Source of the DNA: Giardia intestinalis
Taxonomy: Eukaryota
NCBI GenBank assembly: GCA_000002435.2
Contig: CM018789.1
Length of the DNA: 64,000 nt
Reading direction: 5' to 3' (one strand)
Part shown: positions 28,836 to 39,437 of the stretch, in pieces
How positions within the stretch are numbered: position 1 is the stretch's first letter
Layout: every line of letters begins with the position of its first letter
The notes under the pieces: generated by a model
Databases searched by the model: none
Seen by the model: the letters and a program-made list of their open reading frames with translations, nothing else
What the model was told of the DNA's origin: nothing
Program-made: the position numbers and the translations under genes

Positions 28836-30731
28836 ATGGTAGATTCAATTGTGCCTACTCCAAGCGTACTTCTACCAAGATACTGCCTCAAGAAAGTGCT
28901 TGGGGCAGGGTCATATGGTAAAGTTTACTTGGCGATGGACCTAGAAAATGATACGGAGGTTGCAATTAAACTAATTAACTATAGCGAGCTTCCACAGAGC
29001 CTAAAGGTTATACAGGATGAGGAGATAACATTGCTCAAAACCATACGGCACCCACACATTGTCAGGATGATTGACTCCTATCATGACAGGCAGCAAAACC
29101 TGATCTGCACAGTGCTTCCTCTGTTTCCCCGCGGAGACCTTGCTAGATTTATCAGACACAATAGAGAAACACCGATTCCTGAGCCACAAATATGGTGGCT
29201 GCTGGCTCAGATGGGCAGCGCCCTGAGATTTTTGCACAGTGGAGGCAACGGAGCTTGCAGAGGGATCATTCACAGAGACGTTAAGCCAGCTAACATCCTC
29301 ATCGACAACAATCTGTCGGTATATCTAACAGATTTTGGGATCTTTCGCTACATAGACGGTAACACTAAAGCTCTGACGTTCGCGGGTACCAGATGCTATA
29401 TGGCCCCAGAGCAACTGTACAGACAAGCATATGACTGCAAGGTAGACATCTGGGCGCTAGGAGTAACGCTCTATGAAATAATGTGTAGGAAGGCTCTGTT
29501 CAAGCTCTCGGATGACGAATTCATCAAGAAAAGCATCAAGGCGATCAGGCCGCTTCTTGACTCTATCTCCATCTACAGTACAGAACTGAAGGAGGTACTA
29601 AAGAAGCTATTGACGATTAATCCAACGCAGAGGATTTCTACTGAAGAGTTATGTGAGCACCCCATTCTAGCAGGACTTGTGAAGCTAGCGGAGAGTGGAC
29701 AAGTGCCACCACAGGACTTATATGCAGCCCTTCCTGTTATAGAAACAGCTACTCAGCACCACCCTAACTCGAGCTCACTTACCTTACTTAAGATACCTAC
29801 CATTGATGTTGACGATCCCGAGATTGATGCTCTTGACAGGACGCCTATTATGCGGGCGGTCATCTTGGGTGGTCCTGTGACCATTGATCCCAGGTACACT
29901 AGATTTTCAACTTCACACGGGGTCACGGCATTAATGTTCGCAGCCGCCTATGGGAACACGCGTGCTGTGGAGCTGCTTGTGCAACACGAAGCAAAAATGG
30001 TGGACTCTGACGGGTTGTCTGCCATATTCTATGCTGTATATGCGAATGCCTTGGATGCCGTAAAGTTGCTCTTGGATGCAGAGCATGACATGCGTGACAA
30101 CCGTGGATGTACTCCACTGGTAACAGCGGCACGGCAAGGTCGCAAAGAAATCGTTGCCTTTCTTGCACCGCGCATGGCTGGACTGCAGGGGAGAAGTGGC
30201 TGGACTGCACTGATGGCCGCAGCAACTAGCGACTCGGTTGATTGTATAAACGAGCTAGTCACATATGAGAAAGGGCTTATTGATAGCCACGGAGAAACTG
30301 CACTTATGAAGGCGGCAAGGTGCGACAGCGTAAATGCTATTAGTCTCTTACTCCCATATGAAGGCGACATTATCCGAAAAGATGGCAAGACAGCCCTGAT
30401 GTCTGCAGCAGAACTGAGCAAAAACAATGCTTTACACCTTCTTCTTTGGCAAGCAGGGCTAGCCAAGCATGATGGAATGACTGCCTTAATGTTTGCCGCA
30501 AGAAAGGGTAACATAGAGGGAGTCGAGGTTTTACTACCTCTCGAAAAGACTCTGCAAAACTCTCGAGGCAACACGGCTCTGATTGAGGCGATCCTCACCA
30601 AGCAAGTGGTCGCTGCATACTGTCTTGTGCCCCATGAAGGGCATATTGCAGATCATTCCGGGACTACCCCGCTTATGCATGCGCAGATGCAGGGCCTTTT
30701 GGATCTCTGCCAGCTCCTTCAACAGAATTAA
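28836..30731 (+). CDS. NEK-family Ser/Thr protein kinase (predicted active) with C-terminal ankyrin repeats
   Basis: Complete catalytic motifs: GAGSYGKV, VAIK, HRDVKPANILI, DFG, CYMAPE, DIWALGVTLYE. C-terminal half has many TALM.AA ankyrin repeats. The ORF-track start 28794 is in frame but upstream; the ATG at 28836 (MVDSIVP...) is preceded by AT-rich 'cctttaaaaagtatt', so I prefer it. Confidence 0.8.
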   Translation: MVDSIVPTPSVLLPRYCLKKVLGAGSYGKVYLAMDLENDTEVAIKLINYSELPQSLKVIQDEEITLLKTIRHPHIVRMIDSYHDRQQNLICTVLPLFPRGDLARFIRHNRETPIPEPQIWWLLAQMGSALRFLHSGGNGACRGIIHRDVKPANILIDNNLSVYLTDFGIFRYIDGNTKALTFAGTRCYMAPEQLYRQAYDCKVDIWALGVTLYEIMCRKALFKLSDDEFIKKSIKAIRPLLDSISIYSTELKEVLKKLLTINPTQRISTEELCEHPILAGLVKLAESGQVPPQDLYAALPVIETATQHHPNSSSLTLLKIPTIDVDDPEIDALDRTPIMRAVILGGPVTIDPRYTRFSTSHGVTALMFAAAYGNTRAVELLVQHEAKMVDSDGLSAIFYAVYANALDAVKLLLDAEHDMRDNRGCTPLVTAARQGRKEIVAFLAPRMAGLQGRSGWTALMAAATSDSVDCINELVTYEKGLIDSHGETALMKAARCDSVNAISLLLPYEGDIIRKDGKTALMSAAELSKNNALHLLLWQAGLAKHDGMTALMFAARKGNIEGVEVLLPLEKTLQNSRGNTALIEAILTKQVVAAYCLVPHEGHIADHSGTTPLMHAQMQGLLDLCQLLQQN

Positions 30732-30733
30732 AA

Positions 30734-31591
30734 ATGCGCCTTTGTCTAAAGAGTGGTTCCTGGTACCCTTTACCAAAGGAGGCAAAGGCTCAGGTTGCAG
30801 CTTTTCTCAGGAAAGCTGGAGAGGCAGTGCATCCAGATGCAAACGTTAGGTTCATTATCGCCCCACATGCCGGTCTGGTGTACAGTGGCTTGACTGCGGC
30901 GCACTCTTATTCATCCATCGACCCTACACGTTATACCTCAGTTGTTATGTTAGGTGTTTGCCACGCTTTTCATCAACGAGGCCTGTCTACGAGCCCATTT
31001 GCGTCCTGGGCCAATCCGTTGATGGAAAAGGGGTCGCCATCCCTCTCTATGGAGACAATTCCGGGTCTTCCTAGTTGCCAAAAAGATGATTGTGAGGAAG
31101 AACATAGTCTAGAGTTGCAAATACCTTTCCTCGCACACGTGTTTGCTAACCAAATTGAGGCTGGTACCGTCAAGTTTTCCGCGGTGTACTGCAGCTATGG
31201 TGCTACAAGGACAGAGATTGACTCCCTGATGGACTATGTCACCGAACACAACTCGCTTATCGTCGTGTCCAGTGACTTTTGTCACTATGGTCCACGGTTC
31301 CAATTTACACCGATGATACAAGGTAAAACAGCGAATGAAACAGTCACAATGCTGGATAATAAGTGCATAAATGGAGTTATGCTGGGCGCAAACTCGTTTG
31401 AAGAGGCTTTGAAAGAAACCCAAAACACCGTTTGCGGACAATACACCATATTGACGTGTCTGCGTGTTTTAGAGGGACTCAAATTGGACGTTAAGAAGGA
31501 GTTATTGTTCTACACCAAATCTGATGAGCCAAGGACGGCCCGTGACCACTCTGTTTCTTATGTCTCCATGCGAGGTATACAGGCATGCTGA
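30734..31591 (+). CDS. MEMO1-family protein (AmmeMemoRadiSam system protein B-like)
   Basis: SWYPLP..., IIAPHAGLVYSG, LGVCHAFH, EHSLELQIPFL, IVVSSDFCHYGPRFQF, CGQYTILT match the Memo1/UPF0103 core. ATG is 3 nt after the stop of the preceding kinase gene. Confidence 0.7.
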   Translation: MRLCLKSGSWYPLPKEAKAQVAAFLRKAGEAVHPDANVRFIIAPHAGLVYSGLTAAHSYSSIDPTRYTSVVMLGVCHAFHQRGLSTSPFASWANPLMEKGSPSLSMETIPGLPSCQKDDCEEEHSLELQIPFLAHVFANQIEAGTVKFSAVYCSYGATRTEIDSLMDYVTEHNSLIVVSSDFCHYGPRFQFTPMIQGKTANETVTMLDNKCINGVMLGANSFEEALKETQNTVCGQYTILTCLRVLEGLKLDVKKELLFYTKSDEPRTARDHSVSYVSMRGIQAC

Positions 31592-31606
31592 AGTAGTTAT
31601 GCCCGT

Positions 31607-31613
31607 AGTAAAT
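31607..31613 (+). promoter_or_regulatory. Putative polyA signal AGTAAAT 16 nt after the MEMO1 stop
   Basis: Exact match to the AGTRAAY consensus. Confidence 0.35.
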
Positions 31614-31699
31614 GCTTGATAAAGGATGCTCTAGATACTATTAGTTGGCTAGATGTAGAAGGTAGAGTGTGTGCCCATAACTAGATGTGAAATGCGTGT

Positions 31700-32473
31700 T
31701 CACGAGACTGGCTCTAGTGGCTGAGCAATCCGACCTGCCTTATGTTCCATGACATAGGTCTCCTGCACCAGGCCATCGAACCACCAGTACGAAGCTGGCT
31801 TCAGCTGGGAAAAGTCGATGACGAGACGTCCGGACTCGTCACACGCCGTTTCTAGTTCTAGCATAAGTGCGCTTATGCACCCAGCCATGGCCTTGGGAGG
31901 AAGTTGCTCTAGACGCTGTACCAGTTCTTGCACTTCATCATAATAGGGCGACCGGAGACTTTTCTTTCGATTGAGACACTTGGGGAGCTTTCCTGGGGTG
32001 AAGTACTTGAAAATGGCGTTTATCATGTCATCCGGCGTGTCGAATAAAGCGACTGCAGAAGAGGGGGTAACACTTTGGTTGTACTTTGTTATGATGTCGT
32101 TTATAACGCCCAATACAGCTTGCGAATAAATACGGACTTGTTCTAGGATCACAGTGTTCGACTTATTGAACGTCATTGCGTTGCTTATTGTAAGACACAA
32201 ATCACAAAACACGTCGCCAATGTGTGTGTACGTGTTCCCACTGCGGTTAGAAAGGCGTTGCTTTATCTCGGAAAGGCTACAAGGAAACTCTATAACGGCT
32301 TCATACTGCTGCTTCAGGTCTGGGTAATCGACGACCACAGGGTTTTGAAAGAGGGTAAAGCTATCCAGAGGCTTCATGCTATCTCGCAGAACCGTTCGGA
32401 TGTTGAACTTATTCATGGTCTCCTTGATCTCTCTGATCAGCATGGTAACGAGATTGTTCTCGTCCTGCTTCAT
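31700..32473 (-). CDS. Bromodomain-containing protein
   Basis: SFTLFQNPVVVDYPDLKQQYEAVIEFPCSLSEIKQRLSNRSGNTYTHIGDVFCDLCLTISNAMTFNKSNTVILEQVRIYSQAV follows the bromodomain pattern (F..PVd...pdY...I..P..L..I..rL....Y.....f..D..L...NA..fN......i...a). ATG confirmed (CAT at 32471-32473). Confidence 0.6.
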   Translation of the reverse strand: MKQDENNLVTMLIREIKETMNKFNIRTVLRDSMKPLDSFTLFQNPVVVDYPDLKQQYEAVIEFPCSLSEIKQRLSNRSGNTYTHIGDVFCDLCLTISNAMTFNKSNTVILEQVRIYSQAVLGVINDIITKYNQSVTPSSAVALFDTPDDMINAIFKYFTPGKLPKCLNRKKSLRSPYYDEVQELVQRLEQLPPKAMAGCISALMLELETACDESGRLVIDFSQLKPASYWWFDGLVQETYVMEHKAGRIAQPLEPVS

Positions 32474-32632
32474 GTGCGTTCACGGTTTTACAGTAGAATC
32501 CATGGCAATTTCAACTAAAATAGCTAAAGTATTGATTTACATTTCAGTTATTTTTTGCATATCTCCACTTGTTTTTCATACCCAAATCTGCCAAATCCGC
32601 TCTTGTTAAACTAAAACCAGATAGTCAGCGGC
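32474..32632. promoter_or_regulatory. Divergent AT-rich promoter region
   Basis: 159 bp between ATG 32473 (minus) and ATG 32633 (plus). Strongly AT-rich ('ttcagttattttttgcatatctccacttgtttttcat'). Confidence 0.35.
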
Positions 32633-33469
32633 ATGCTATCTTTGACTACCATCAAGCCTAGGGACAGAGATTGCTACTCGATTACTAAGCAGCTTACTGA
32701 GCAGACTGCGATCCTCAAGGACAGTCAGGACTTTTCTTTAGCCGAATCTCTACAACGCGAAATCCAAAAGGCAAAGCAAGACATTCTTCAGAAGCTTAGC
32801 GTAGCAGAGGATGCACGGCAGGCTTTTGAGCGTGATTGTTTAGAGCAAGCTCAAAAGCTAGCCATGACGTCCGAACAGAAAGCGTGGGCCGAAAACGAGG
32901 CTCTTCTTCAAAAGGAGATAGAGGAGAGCATTGCACAACTCCAAGAGGACCAAGAGGTCGAGCTAAGGCGTCTAGAGTCTAAACTTTCATCAGACAACCC
33001 GAAGGTCTATTTTTCCTCTAAGGTTCTTGGGTTACGGAAGGAAGCAGCCACCCTCTTTAAGCTCAAAGAGTTTGAGAGAGCCAAGGAGTCTGCTGCTCTG
33101 GCGGACAAGGAGGAGAAGGCCTTTCTGGCCCAGCTAGAGCGTGAGCGGGTGAAGAAAGCGGACATCGAAAGGAAAAAGCTTTATGACAAGCACGATAAGG
33201 AGATAGCTGTGCTAGAGTATAGAAACTATCTCAAATTCTGTGAGTTCTGGACCACACGAAACGCGGCCTTGGCTGCTACAGCACAGAGGGGAAAGAATTT
33301 CAAGCAAGATCTAGACATCGCGCACAAAGAGGAGTACATCAACTTGCGAGCTCGTTGTGTTGATAGGGACATTGTTTCCAATCGTAAAAGCTATCAATCG
33401 GCATCAGCAACGTTTCGAGGCTCTTCCTTTCTCAAGCTCGCTCGCACACACGCCAGTGCGAACGAGTAA
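32633..33469 (+). CDS. Hypothetical coiled-coil protein (278 aa)
   Basis: ATG at 32633 confirmed. Charged, heptad-like sequence throughout. No identifiable domain. Confidence 0.5.
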   Translation: MLSLTTIKPRDRDCYSITKQLTEQTAILKDSQDFSLAESLQREIQKAKQDILQKLSVAEDARQAFERDCLEQAQKLAMTSEQKAWAENEALLQKEIEESIAQLQEDQEVELRRLESKLSSDNPKVYFSSKVLGLRKEAATLFKLKEFERAKESAALADKEEKAFLAQLERERVKKADIERKKLYDKHDKEIAVLEYRNYLKFCEFWTTRNAALAATAQRGKNFKQDLDIAHKEEYINLRARCVDRDIVSNRKSYQSASATFRGSSFLKLARTHASANE

Positions 33470-33509
33470 ACTGGCGGAACAAGACAGTGAAGAAATAAAT
33501 AACACAGAG

Positions 33510-35744
33510 CTAGTTTACATTACTGGATGGCGCCTCTTCAGGGTCGGCGAGTAGAGCCTGTTTAGCTGCATTCCTCTTAACCTCTTGAAGCAAGAGGATT
33601 TCTCGTATCTCTTCGGTAGTATCCATATCTAAAACTGTTTTATTGTCGATATTCTTTATGAGCAGCTCATAGGGGGCTAACAGCTTGACACAGTCCGGTG
33701 CCTTGGATGAAACAGCAGCCATCAGCGCGGTGGTTCCAACGGTCGTCTTCATCCCGCGCTCGTACCTGCAAAGAATCTTTGCGCACTCATACTGCCGATT
33801 GAAGCATGCAAACATCAACGCTGTGGTGCCCGGGGCTCTATTAAACGTGTTTGTTACCCTCTTGGAAAGCGTTTTGGCGAGAAGCTTGACTATCTTCGCG
33901 TGCCCCTTCTTGGCCGCAAGCATGAGACCCGTATACCCGCTGTTACTGACTATCTCTTCCTCAAAGTCCAGCAGAAAGTCTACTATTTGATAGTTTCCTC
34001 TGTCAGAAGCATACAAGAATGCAGTGAAGCCATCAATATCCTGTTTCTTCTGCTCACAAGGTGCGAGTATCTTAACCGCCTCCAAGTGGTTGCATTGTGC
34101 GGCAATCATCATTGCAGTTTGCAGGCCGTTAGATTGCAAGCCAGCTTCTTTATCCAACAGGGCCAGAATACACTCTGTATTGTTTCCGTGAGCTGCGTAC
34201 ATCAATGCTGACCATCCATTATCATCCTTCATTCCTGCCTCGTAGGGTATGAGCATATTGACGGCTTGAACATTGTTCGCCCTGGCTGCAGCCATCAGTG
34301 CGGTGTAATCGTTACAGTTAGACATTCCTGCTTCTCGTTCGATAAGATAGTCTAGCATGTCGTTCTTATTGTTGGCTGCAGCAACCATCAACGCGGTAAA
34401 GCCTCTGTTGTCTTGCTGCCCCAGATCAGTGCTGAGGAAGTTCTTATTGAGTTCCGTGAATGTAAATACTGTGCCAATCATCAGTGTTGTCCATCCAAAG
34501 TGACGAAGAAGCCGAAATTCGTCTATGAACAGCTCATTTGCGCACTCGGTCTTCCCCGACACCGTGGCCAAGCGAAGGGCAAAGTGCCCAGACTCTGTGG
34601 ATATATTACGTTCGTAGGGCTTAAGAAGGCTCACGATCCCATGATTCCCGTTTCTTGCGGCAAACATCAGGGCTGTCATCCCACGCCATTCACCATTGGC
34701 AACAATCTGGTATCTGCATTCGTATCGCACTAGGCACTTAGCAATCTCAATATAACCGTTTTCTGCTGCATGTATTAAGGCTGTCTTGCCTGAGCGCTCA
34801 GCAAGACCCGCTTGATATGGAATCAAATTCATAACTGTGTCTATATCGTTTCTTAGAACAGCATTCATTAACTCTGTTCGGTTATTGACCCCCAGGACAA
34901 TACCTCTGCGGGTGTTTAGATCAGCTACATGATCTGCTATTAGATGGTTCTTTAGCAGATTTGTGGCGGATGGACGATGCTCTTCCTCACTGGTTGCCAT
35001 GAGCTGTACAACGTTATAGAGCTCATTACTATATTTGAGGCTTATTTCTGGAAAAGGATAGAGCATCCGTAGCTCAGCAGTCGAGATTGAAGGGTCAGAA
35101 CAAAAGTGGTGATCGACAGTGGCCAAGCTGTGAATAAGTTTCGCCAGCGAATAGGTATCTGACACGTGAGATCGTGTACCTGTGAGCTTCACTTCGGGCG
35201 CGTCATACATCTGAGGTTGCTGTGCAGCGGACGTACTGGCAGCGTTGATACAACTCTGAGCCAAATTGCCTATCTTAAGGACCCCGAAGCTGTCGAAGTA
35301 GATGTGCTTGGGATCTAAACACCCATGAGGAAAGGAGTGGAGGCCGTCAAGGTTCTTCCAATTGTGAATATAAGAGAGACCGGCTAGACACTGCACTAAA
35401 ATGTCCCATATCTCTTCTTCTGAAAAGGGCTCCTGGTGAAAAATACGGTCATCAATAACGTCCTGAAGAGAGCATCCAAAGGTCATGTCGGTGTAGACGT
35501 CATAAAATAAATTGGATACATTGTTCCGGTACGGGCTATACTTAACAAGATTGATGTGGTTTAAGAGGGATATTTTGTTGATATACGTGCTAATCTTCTC
35601 TTTGTACTTGTGTTTAAACCGTTTTAACGAGATCCTCTCGCAATAACAAACTCGGCCATTTAGATCATTAACGACCGTGCACAAGGGTTTTCCTTCGTTA
35701 ATAACGGTATAGGAAAATTCGCTCTTATCATCTATCGATTTCAT
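33510..35744 (-). CDS. NEK-like pseudokinase with long ankyrin-repeat array
   Basis: Kinase fold recognisable (LAGLSYIH, YDAPE, DTYSLAKLIHSL), but no Gly-loop, HRD replaced by HGCLDPKHIYF, DFG by KIGNLA. About 13 ankyrin repeats of TALM.AA type follow. ATG confirmed (CAT at 35742-35744). Confidence 0.7.
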   Translation of the reverse strand: MKSIDDKSEFSYTVINEGKPLCTVVNDLNGRVCYCERISLKRFKHKYKEKISTYINKISLLNHINLVKYSPYRNNVSNLFYDVYTDMTFGCSLQDVIDDRIFHQEPFSEEEIWDILVQCLAGLSYIHNWKNLDGLHSFPHGCLDPKHIYFDSFGVLKIGNLAQSCINAASTSAAQQPQMYDAPEVKLTGTRSHVSDTYSLAKLIHSLATVDHHFCSDPSISTAELRMLYPFPEISLKYSNELYNVVQLMATSEEEHRPSATNLLKNHLIADHVADLNTRRGIVLGVNNRTELMNAVLRNDIDTVMNLIPYQAGLAERSGKTALIHAAENGYIEIAKCLVRYECRYQIVANGEWRGMTALMFAARNGNHGIVSLLKPYERNISTESGHFALRLATVSGKTECANELFIDEFRLLRHFGWTTLMIGTVFTFTELNKNFLSTDLGQQDNRGFTALMVAAANNKNDMLDYLIEREAGMSNCNDYTALMAAARANNVQAVNMLIPYEAGMKDDNGWSALMYAAHGNNTECILALLDKEAGLQSNGLQTAMMIAAQCNHLEAVKILAPCEQKKQDIDGFTAFLYASDRGNYQIVDFLLDFEEEIVSNSGYTGLMLAAKKGHAKIVKLLAKTLSKRVTNTFNRAPGTTALMFACFNRQYECAKILCRYERGMKTTVGTTALMAAVSSKAPDCVKLLAPYELLIKNIDNKTVLDMDTTEEIREILLLQEVKRNAAKQALLADPEEAPSSNVN

Positions 35745-35827
35745 GACACAGCTCGCTTCTACTCAAATTCTGAACTTTTTCATTTCAATTAATCCACCTT
35801 AGATGGTCTATGCTCCGGCACTCTACG

Positions 35828-37978
35828 CTAACCGAGCTTCAGTATCTCGAAGAAACTTAAGAGATCAGTAGATTCAACTCTGGAATCATTGCCTAGCACA
35901 TTTCTGTGGAATCCGCGCTCACCCTTTCCGCAGGTATATTTGATCCCTCTGATGGTGGTGTCAAACCGCACTTTTCTATCTTTCTCTGTAAACTCGAAGT
36001 GGGAATCGTCAGCTATTTGACGCTCGAACCGCTGCGCCCCGTGAATGAGGATGTCTAGTCCCTGGGGCGTCCGCAGCTCGCTATGCATGGACGACCTGCG
36101 TCTCAGGGGGCTGCAGGCAGTGCACTCTCTAATGACTGATGCTGATGCTATTTTACGCATGGACCCTGTTGTGGGAGAGACAAGCTTGGGTGACTCCATA
36201 GGAACGGTTAGTGCCATGGTCGGTGATTGAAGAGACGGAGTGATGGCAGCATGGCCTACCTCATTAATGACGTTGGAGTGGTGAAGGGGTGGGAGAGGAG
36301 AGGGAGCAGTTGATAGCGGTGAGAGCTGTCCCTCAGGTGACGCCCAGGCAGTCAGAATGGATGGAGGTGCAGATGTAAAGGTAGGTGTATGGTTTGCCTC
36401 TGTTGTTGCAATTAGAGATTCCTGGTAATGCCTATCCGCTAATTGCAATATAGTAGACGGCTTATTTATTCGCTCCTCATTTTTACGAACATCCAAAGGT
36501 GTAAGTCGCTTCTGTCCGGAGACTACTATATCAAGTTCTGCATCCATACTAACTAGGAACTGTACAAAGTCTGTTACTGTATCATTCTTAAATTCGCGTT
36601 GAAACTGCTTTAATTGATTGATGAAGAAATCCCTAAGTGCTATTGAAATGTCAAGCTGCCGTAACTTTCCTATCACAGTGTTGTATGTCTGCGCGCTGTG
36701 TATAGAAAAGTTGACATCCTTATCAATATATTGCAAGTACACCAGTATTAGTAGGGCCTCGATTGCCATGTGGTTTAAAGGTCTTAATAGAATAATAAAT
36801 ATTTGGGAATATATTGCCTCTCTATGCTGAGTAAGACTCTCCATCAATTCCTTTGTAGCCTTTTTCATCTCGCTAGACGTGCAGTATTTCTTCTTCATAT
36901 ACCGAAACAGAAAACAGTTAAAGTCGTCTGAAATAGAGCAATCTTCTTTCTTATTTGCACCCAGAAATAGCTCCTTATACCTATCTGACGTGATTGCAGA
37001 AATCAGCTTATGCAGCCAGAGTGCCGACCGGGTTGTTGCACGAGGCTTTCGTTGCTGAGCAGCGTTTAGAGCTGGCCAGGCTTCTTTTGTGTATATTCTA
37101 TATTCTTTTCCGTTGGCTTGTTTATACGTGGTAATAAACAGATTGGCAGCAGAGTCGAAAATAGAGCTGCGCGATATAGCAGCAGTTAATTGCTTTCTGA
37201 TGGCCACCTGGTCACGAGGTGTCATATTATGAAAAACTGGATACACAGTTTTCTCTTCTTGTGCAGGTTCCCGTGCAGATCCGGGGCTTTCTGCAGGTGC
37301 GTTTGATTTATGATCGCTAATGGTAACGTTCTGTGTAGAGTCTTGTATAAGCTCATTCGATGATCTAGAGGATGCTCGCTTTGCGTGATCCAAGGGCTTA
37401 TTGAGAGGAAGAACAGCAAGTGCAGATTGAGTTCGCAGAGGTCTAGAGACAGACACAAGACCCGTGATAGGAGGCGCAGAGAAAACTGGAGAAGGCATGG
37501 TATGTCTGTCCGAATCCGAAGAGCCATCTTCTATCTCGGTATTCGATGCGGTGTGGCCTAGAAAGGAATGTTCTGTCTTCACATCACTTATATCAAATGA
37601 AGCTTTTCGTGGAGGAAGCCCAGAATGTGCCCTCACAGGGTCCTTTTCAAGCGAGTCAGAGACGCGCTCATCGAGCTTGTAGATTCTGGTTATTGCCTGA
37701 GCAGGTAAATTTGGAAGTGTACCGAGAGTAAATGCCCGCTGTCTAATACTTGAACTTTCTCGTTCATGAAGGACTGCATCTGCTTTCAGAGAGGAATTAC
37801 TATTAAGAGAAATGCCCGTGCTGTTGGATCTAGGGGGTCCTTTGTCTCTCCGAGGTAGACTGATTGGTGGCGGCGGGGGTGTCTTTAAAGCCTGATCTGG
37901 GACATTGGTGGCTAGAGATGTGCCCGACAACGCTCGATTGTTGCTGTGTGCGGCAAACTTCGTTAGCAGACTTCGCAT
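35828..37978 (-). CDS. Hypothetical protein (716 aa), Pro/Ser-rich N-terminal half
   Basis: The ORF-track start at 37984 is a TTG. The first ATG is at 37976-37978 (MRSLLTKFAAHS...). No domain recognised. Confidence 0.5.
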   Translation of the reverse strand: MRSLLTKFAAHSNNRALSGTSLATNVPDQALKTPPPPPISLPRRDKGPPRSNSTGISLNSNSSLKADAVLHERESSSIRQRAFTLGTLPNLPAQAITRIYKLDERVSDSLEKDPVRAHSGLPPRKASFDISDVKTEHSFLGHTASNTEIEDGSSDSDRHTMPSPVFSAPPITGLVSVSRPLRTQSALAVLPLNKPLDHAKRASSRSSNELIQDSTQNVTISDHKSNAPAESPGSAREPAQEEKTVYPVFHNMTPRDQVAIRKQLTAAISRSSIFDSAANLFITTYKQANGKEYRIYTKEAWPALNAAQQRKPRATTRSALWLHKLISAITSDRYKELFLGANKKEDCSISDDFNCFLFRYMKKKYCTSSEMKKATKELMESLTQHREAIYSQIFIILLRPLNHMAIEALLILVYLQYIDKDVNFSIHSAQTYNTVIGKLRQLDISIALRDFFINQLKQFQREFKNDTVTDFVQFLVSMDAELDIVVSGQKRLTPLDVRKNEERINKPSTILQLADRHYQESLIATTEANHTPTFTSAPPSILTAWASPEGQLSPLSTAPSPLPPLHHSNVINEVGHAAITPSLQSPTMALTVPMESPKLVSPTTGSMRKIASASVIRECTACSPLRRRSSMHSELRTPQGLDILIHGAQRFERQIADDSHFEFTEKDRKVRFDTTIRGIKYTCGKGERGFHRNVLGNDSRVESTDLLSFFEILKLG

Positions 37979-38042
37979 GCTCAAACCAAGATTTTGGTGA
38001 GTAACAGGAATAGTAAGGAGACAAGATTTACACGGTGCGACA

Positions 38043-39437
38043 TTAGTGCTCCTCTATCTTGAAGTTATACAACGGGGTAAGGTACTTATCCTCCACACCC
38101 ATACTCTTGAGCTCTTCTATCTTCTTCCAGCGATAGTCATCAAACATGTTCTTTCTCGCCTCCAGCTCGCTGCGTATCCTCTCGTTTTCAGCACTAACTG
38201 CCTCTTTCCCTGTGAGTTTTTCTTTTAGCGCAAGGTGTTCATCCAATTGTCGCTTGGTCTCTTCCGCTATAAGTTTCTGACGCAGCTTCTCGCGTTCCTT
38301 TTCTTTCTGAAGCTCTTCATAGCATCGCTTATTTCGTTCTAGGTCAGCTAAGTACTCTTCGCGCTCGCGTCTAGCCTCCTCCGCTTTGACTGCGAGGCGG
38401 AGGTCGAGAGCTTCTTTCTGTTCGCGCTGGAACCGGATCTGCTTCTCCTGTTCTTCTCGGAGCCTTGCCTCGCGTGCTCTCTCCTTCTTTTCCAAGGTAG
38501 CTCGCAGGCGCGCCTCTTCAATCTCTGCCATCTTATTGTCCTTCTTTGCTTGCTGCTGCTGGAGGGCAGCAAACTCGATGTTCTTGCGCCTTTCCTCAAT
38601 GATCCTTTCTTCCTCCTTCTTCCTTTCCTCGATCTCCTTTTGACGAAGCATGGCAGCAAGTCGCAAGTCCTCCTCACGCTCAAGCATCTTCTCACGCTCC
38701 TTAAGACGCATAGTTTCAGCGTTAATGGCATCAGCTTCACGTCGAAGGCGCCTTTCGTTAGCTTCCTTGGCTTCTTGAATGGCTTTGCTCTTGGCCTCCT
38801 CTGCCTTTATATATGCTGCCAGCTGCTCTGCTTCTCGAAGCTCCGCTTCCTTCTCAAGTAATGCATTCTGCTGACGAATAAGCATGTCATTCTCCATATG
38901 TATGCGGAGGCTTTCCTTCTCCTGGGCCTCTTTATCACGCAACCTCTTCTTTTCATCTTCGATTTCCTTGAGAACGCGCTCAACACGTTCCTTTTCATCG
39001 AGTGCTTCCATTTTTTCTTCAATAATCTTTCGTTCAGCAGCAGCAATCTGCCGGTCGCGAACTGTGTAGACCTTGGCCTGCATGGCAAGACTATCAATCT
39101 GTCGAACAATTCCCTCCTGCTGAAGCTTAGCAGCAGTGAACTGGGAATTAAGTTCGTTGCGTCGCGCGGTCATCTGTTTTTCCTCAGATGATGGGGCTTT
39201 ATTGGCTTTGCGTTGTGTTTCTATGGCTTCTATTTTGTCGGCACGAGTTGCTGCAGCCTTATTTCTCGCAGCTACGTGCTCCCTTTTACGCTCCCTCACT
39301 TGATCTTCTTTGAAATGATCAGAAATCGCATTAGTGCGCATACGTGCGAGGTCATCCTCTGTGATGAGTTGTGCCTTATCGGAATTTGGCGGCAAAAGAG
39401 CCTTCAGCGTAGAGGTTAAAATGATATTACCTCTCAT
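38043..39437 (-). CDS. Glu/Lys/Arg-rich coiled-coil protein with trichohyalin-plectin-homology-like repeats (possibly CFAP45/CFAP53-type axonemal protein)
   Basis: About 400 aa of ER/EK-rich heptads (…REAEQLAAYIKAEEAKSKAIQEAKEANERRLRREADAIN…). The ORF-track start at 39452 is a TTG; the real ATG is at 39435-39437 (MRGNIILTS...). Family assignment is tentative. Confidence 0.55.
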   Translation of the reverse strand: MRGNIILTSTLKALLPPNSDKAQLITEDDLARMRTNAISDHFKEDQVRERKREHVAARNKAAATRADKIEAIETQRKANKAPSSEEKQMTARRNELNSQFTAAKLQQEGIVRQIDSLAMQAKVYTVRDRQIAAAERKIIEEKMEALDEKERVERVLKEIEDEKKRLRDKEAQEKESLRIHMENDMLIRQQNALLEKEAELREAEQLAAYIKAEEAKSKAIQEAKEANERRLRREADAINAETMRLKEREKMLEREEDLRLAAMLRQKEIEERKKEEERIIEERRKNIEFAALQQQQAKKDNKMAEIEEARLRATLEKKERAREARLREEQEKQIRFQREQKEALDLRLAVKAEEARREREEYLADLERNKRCYEELQKEKEREKLRQKLIAEETKRQLDEHLALKEKLTGKEAVSAENERIRSELEARKNMFDDYRWKKIEELKSMGVEDKYLTPLYNFKIEEH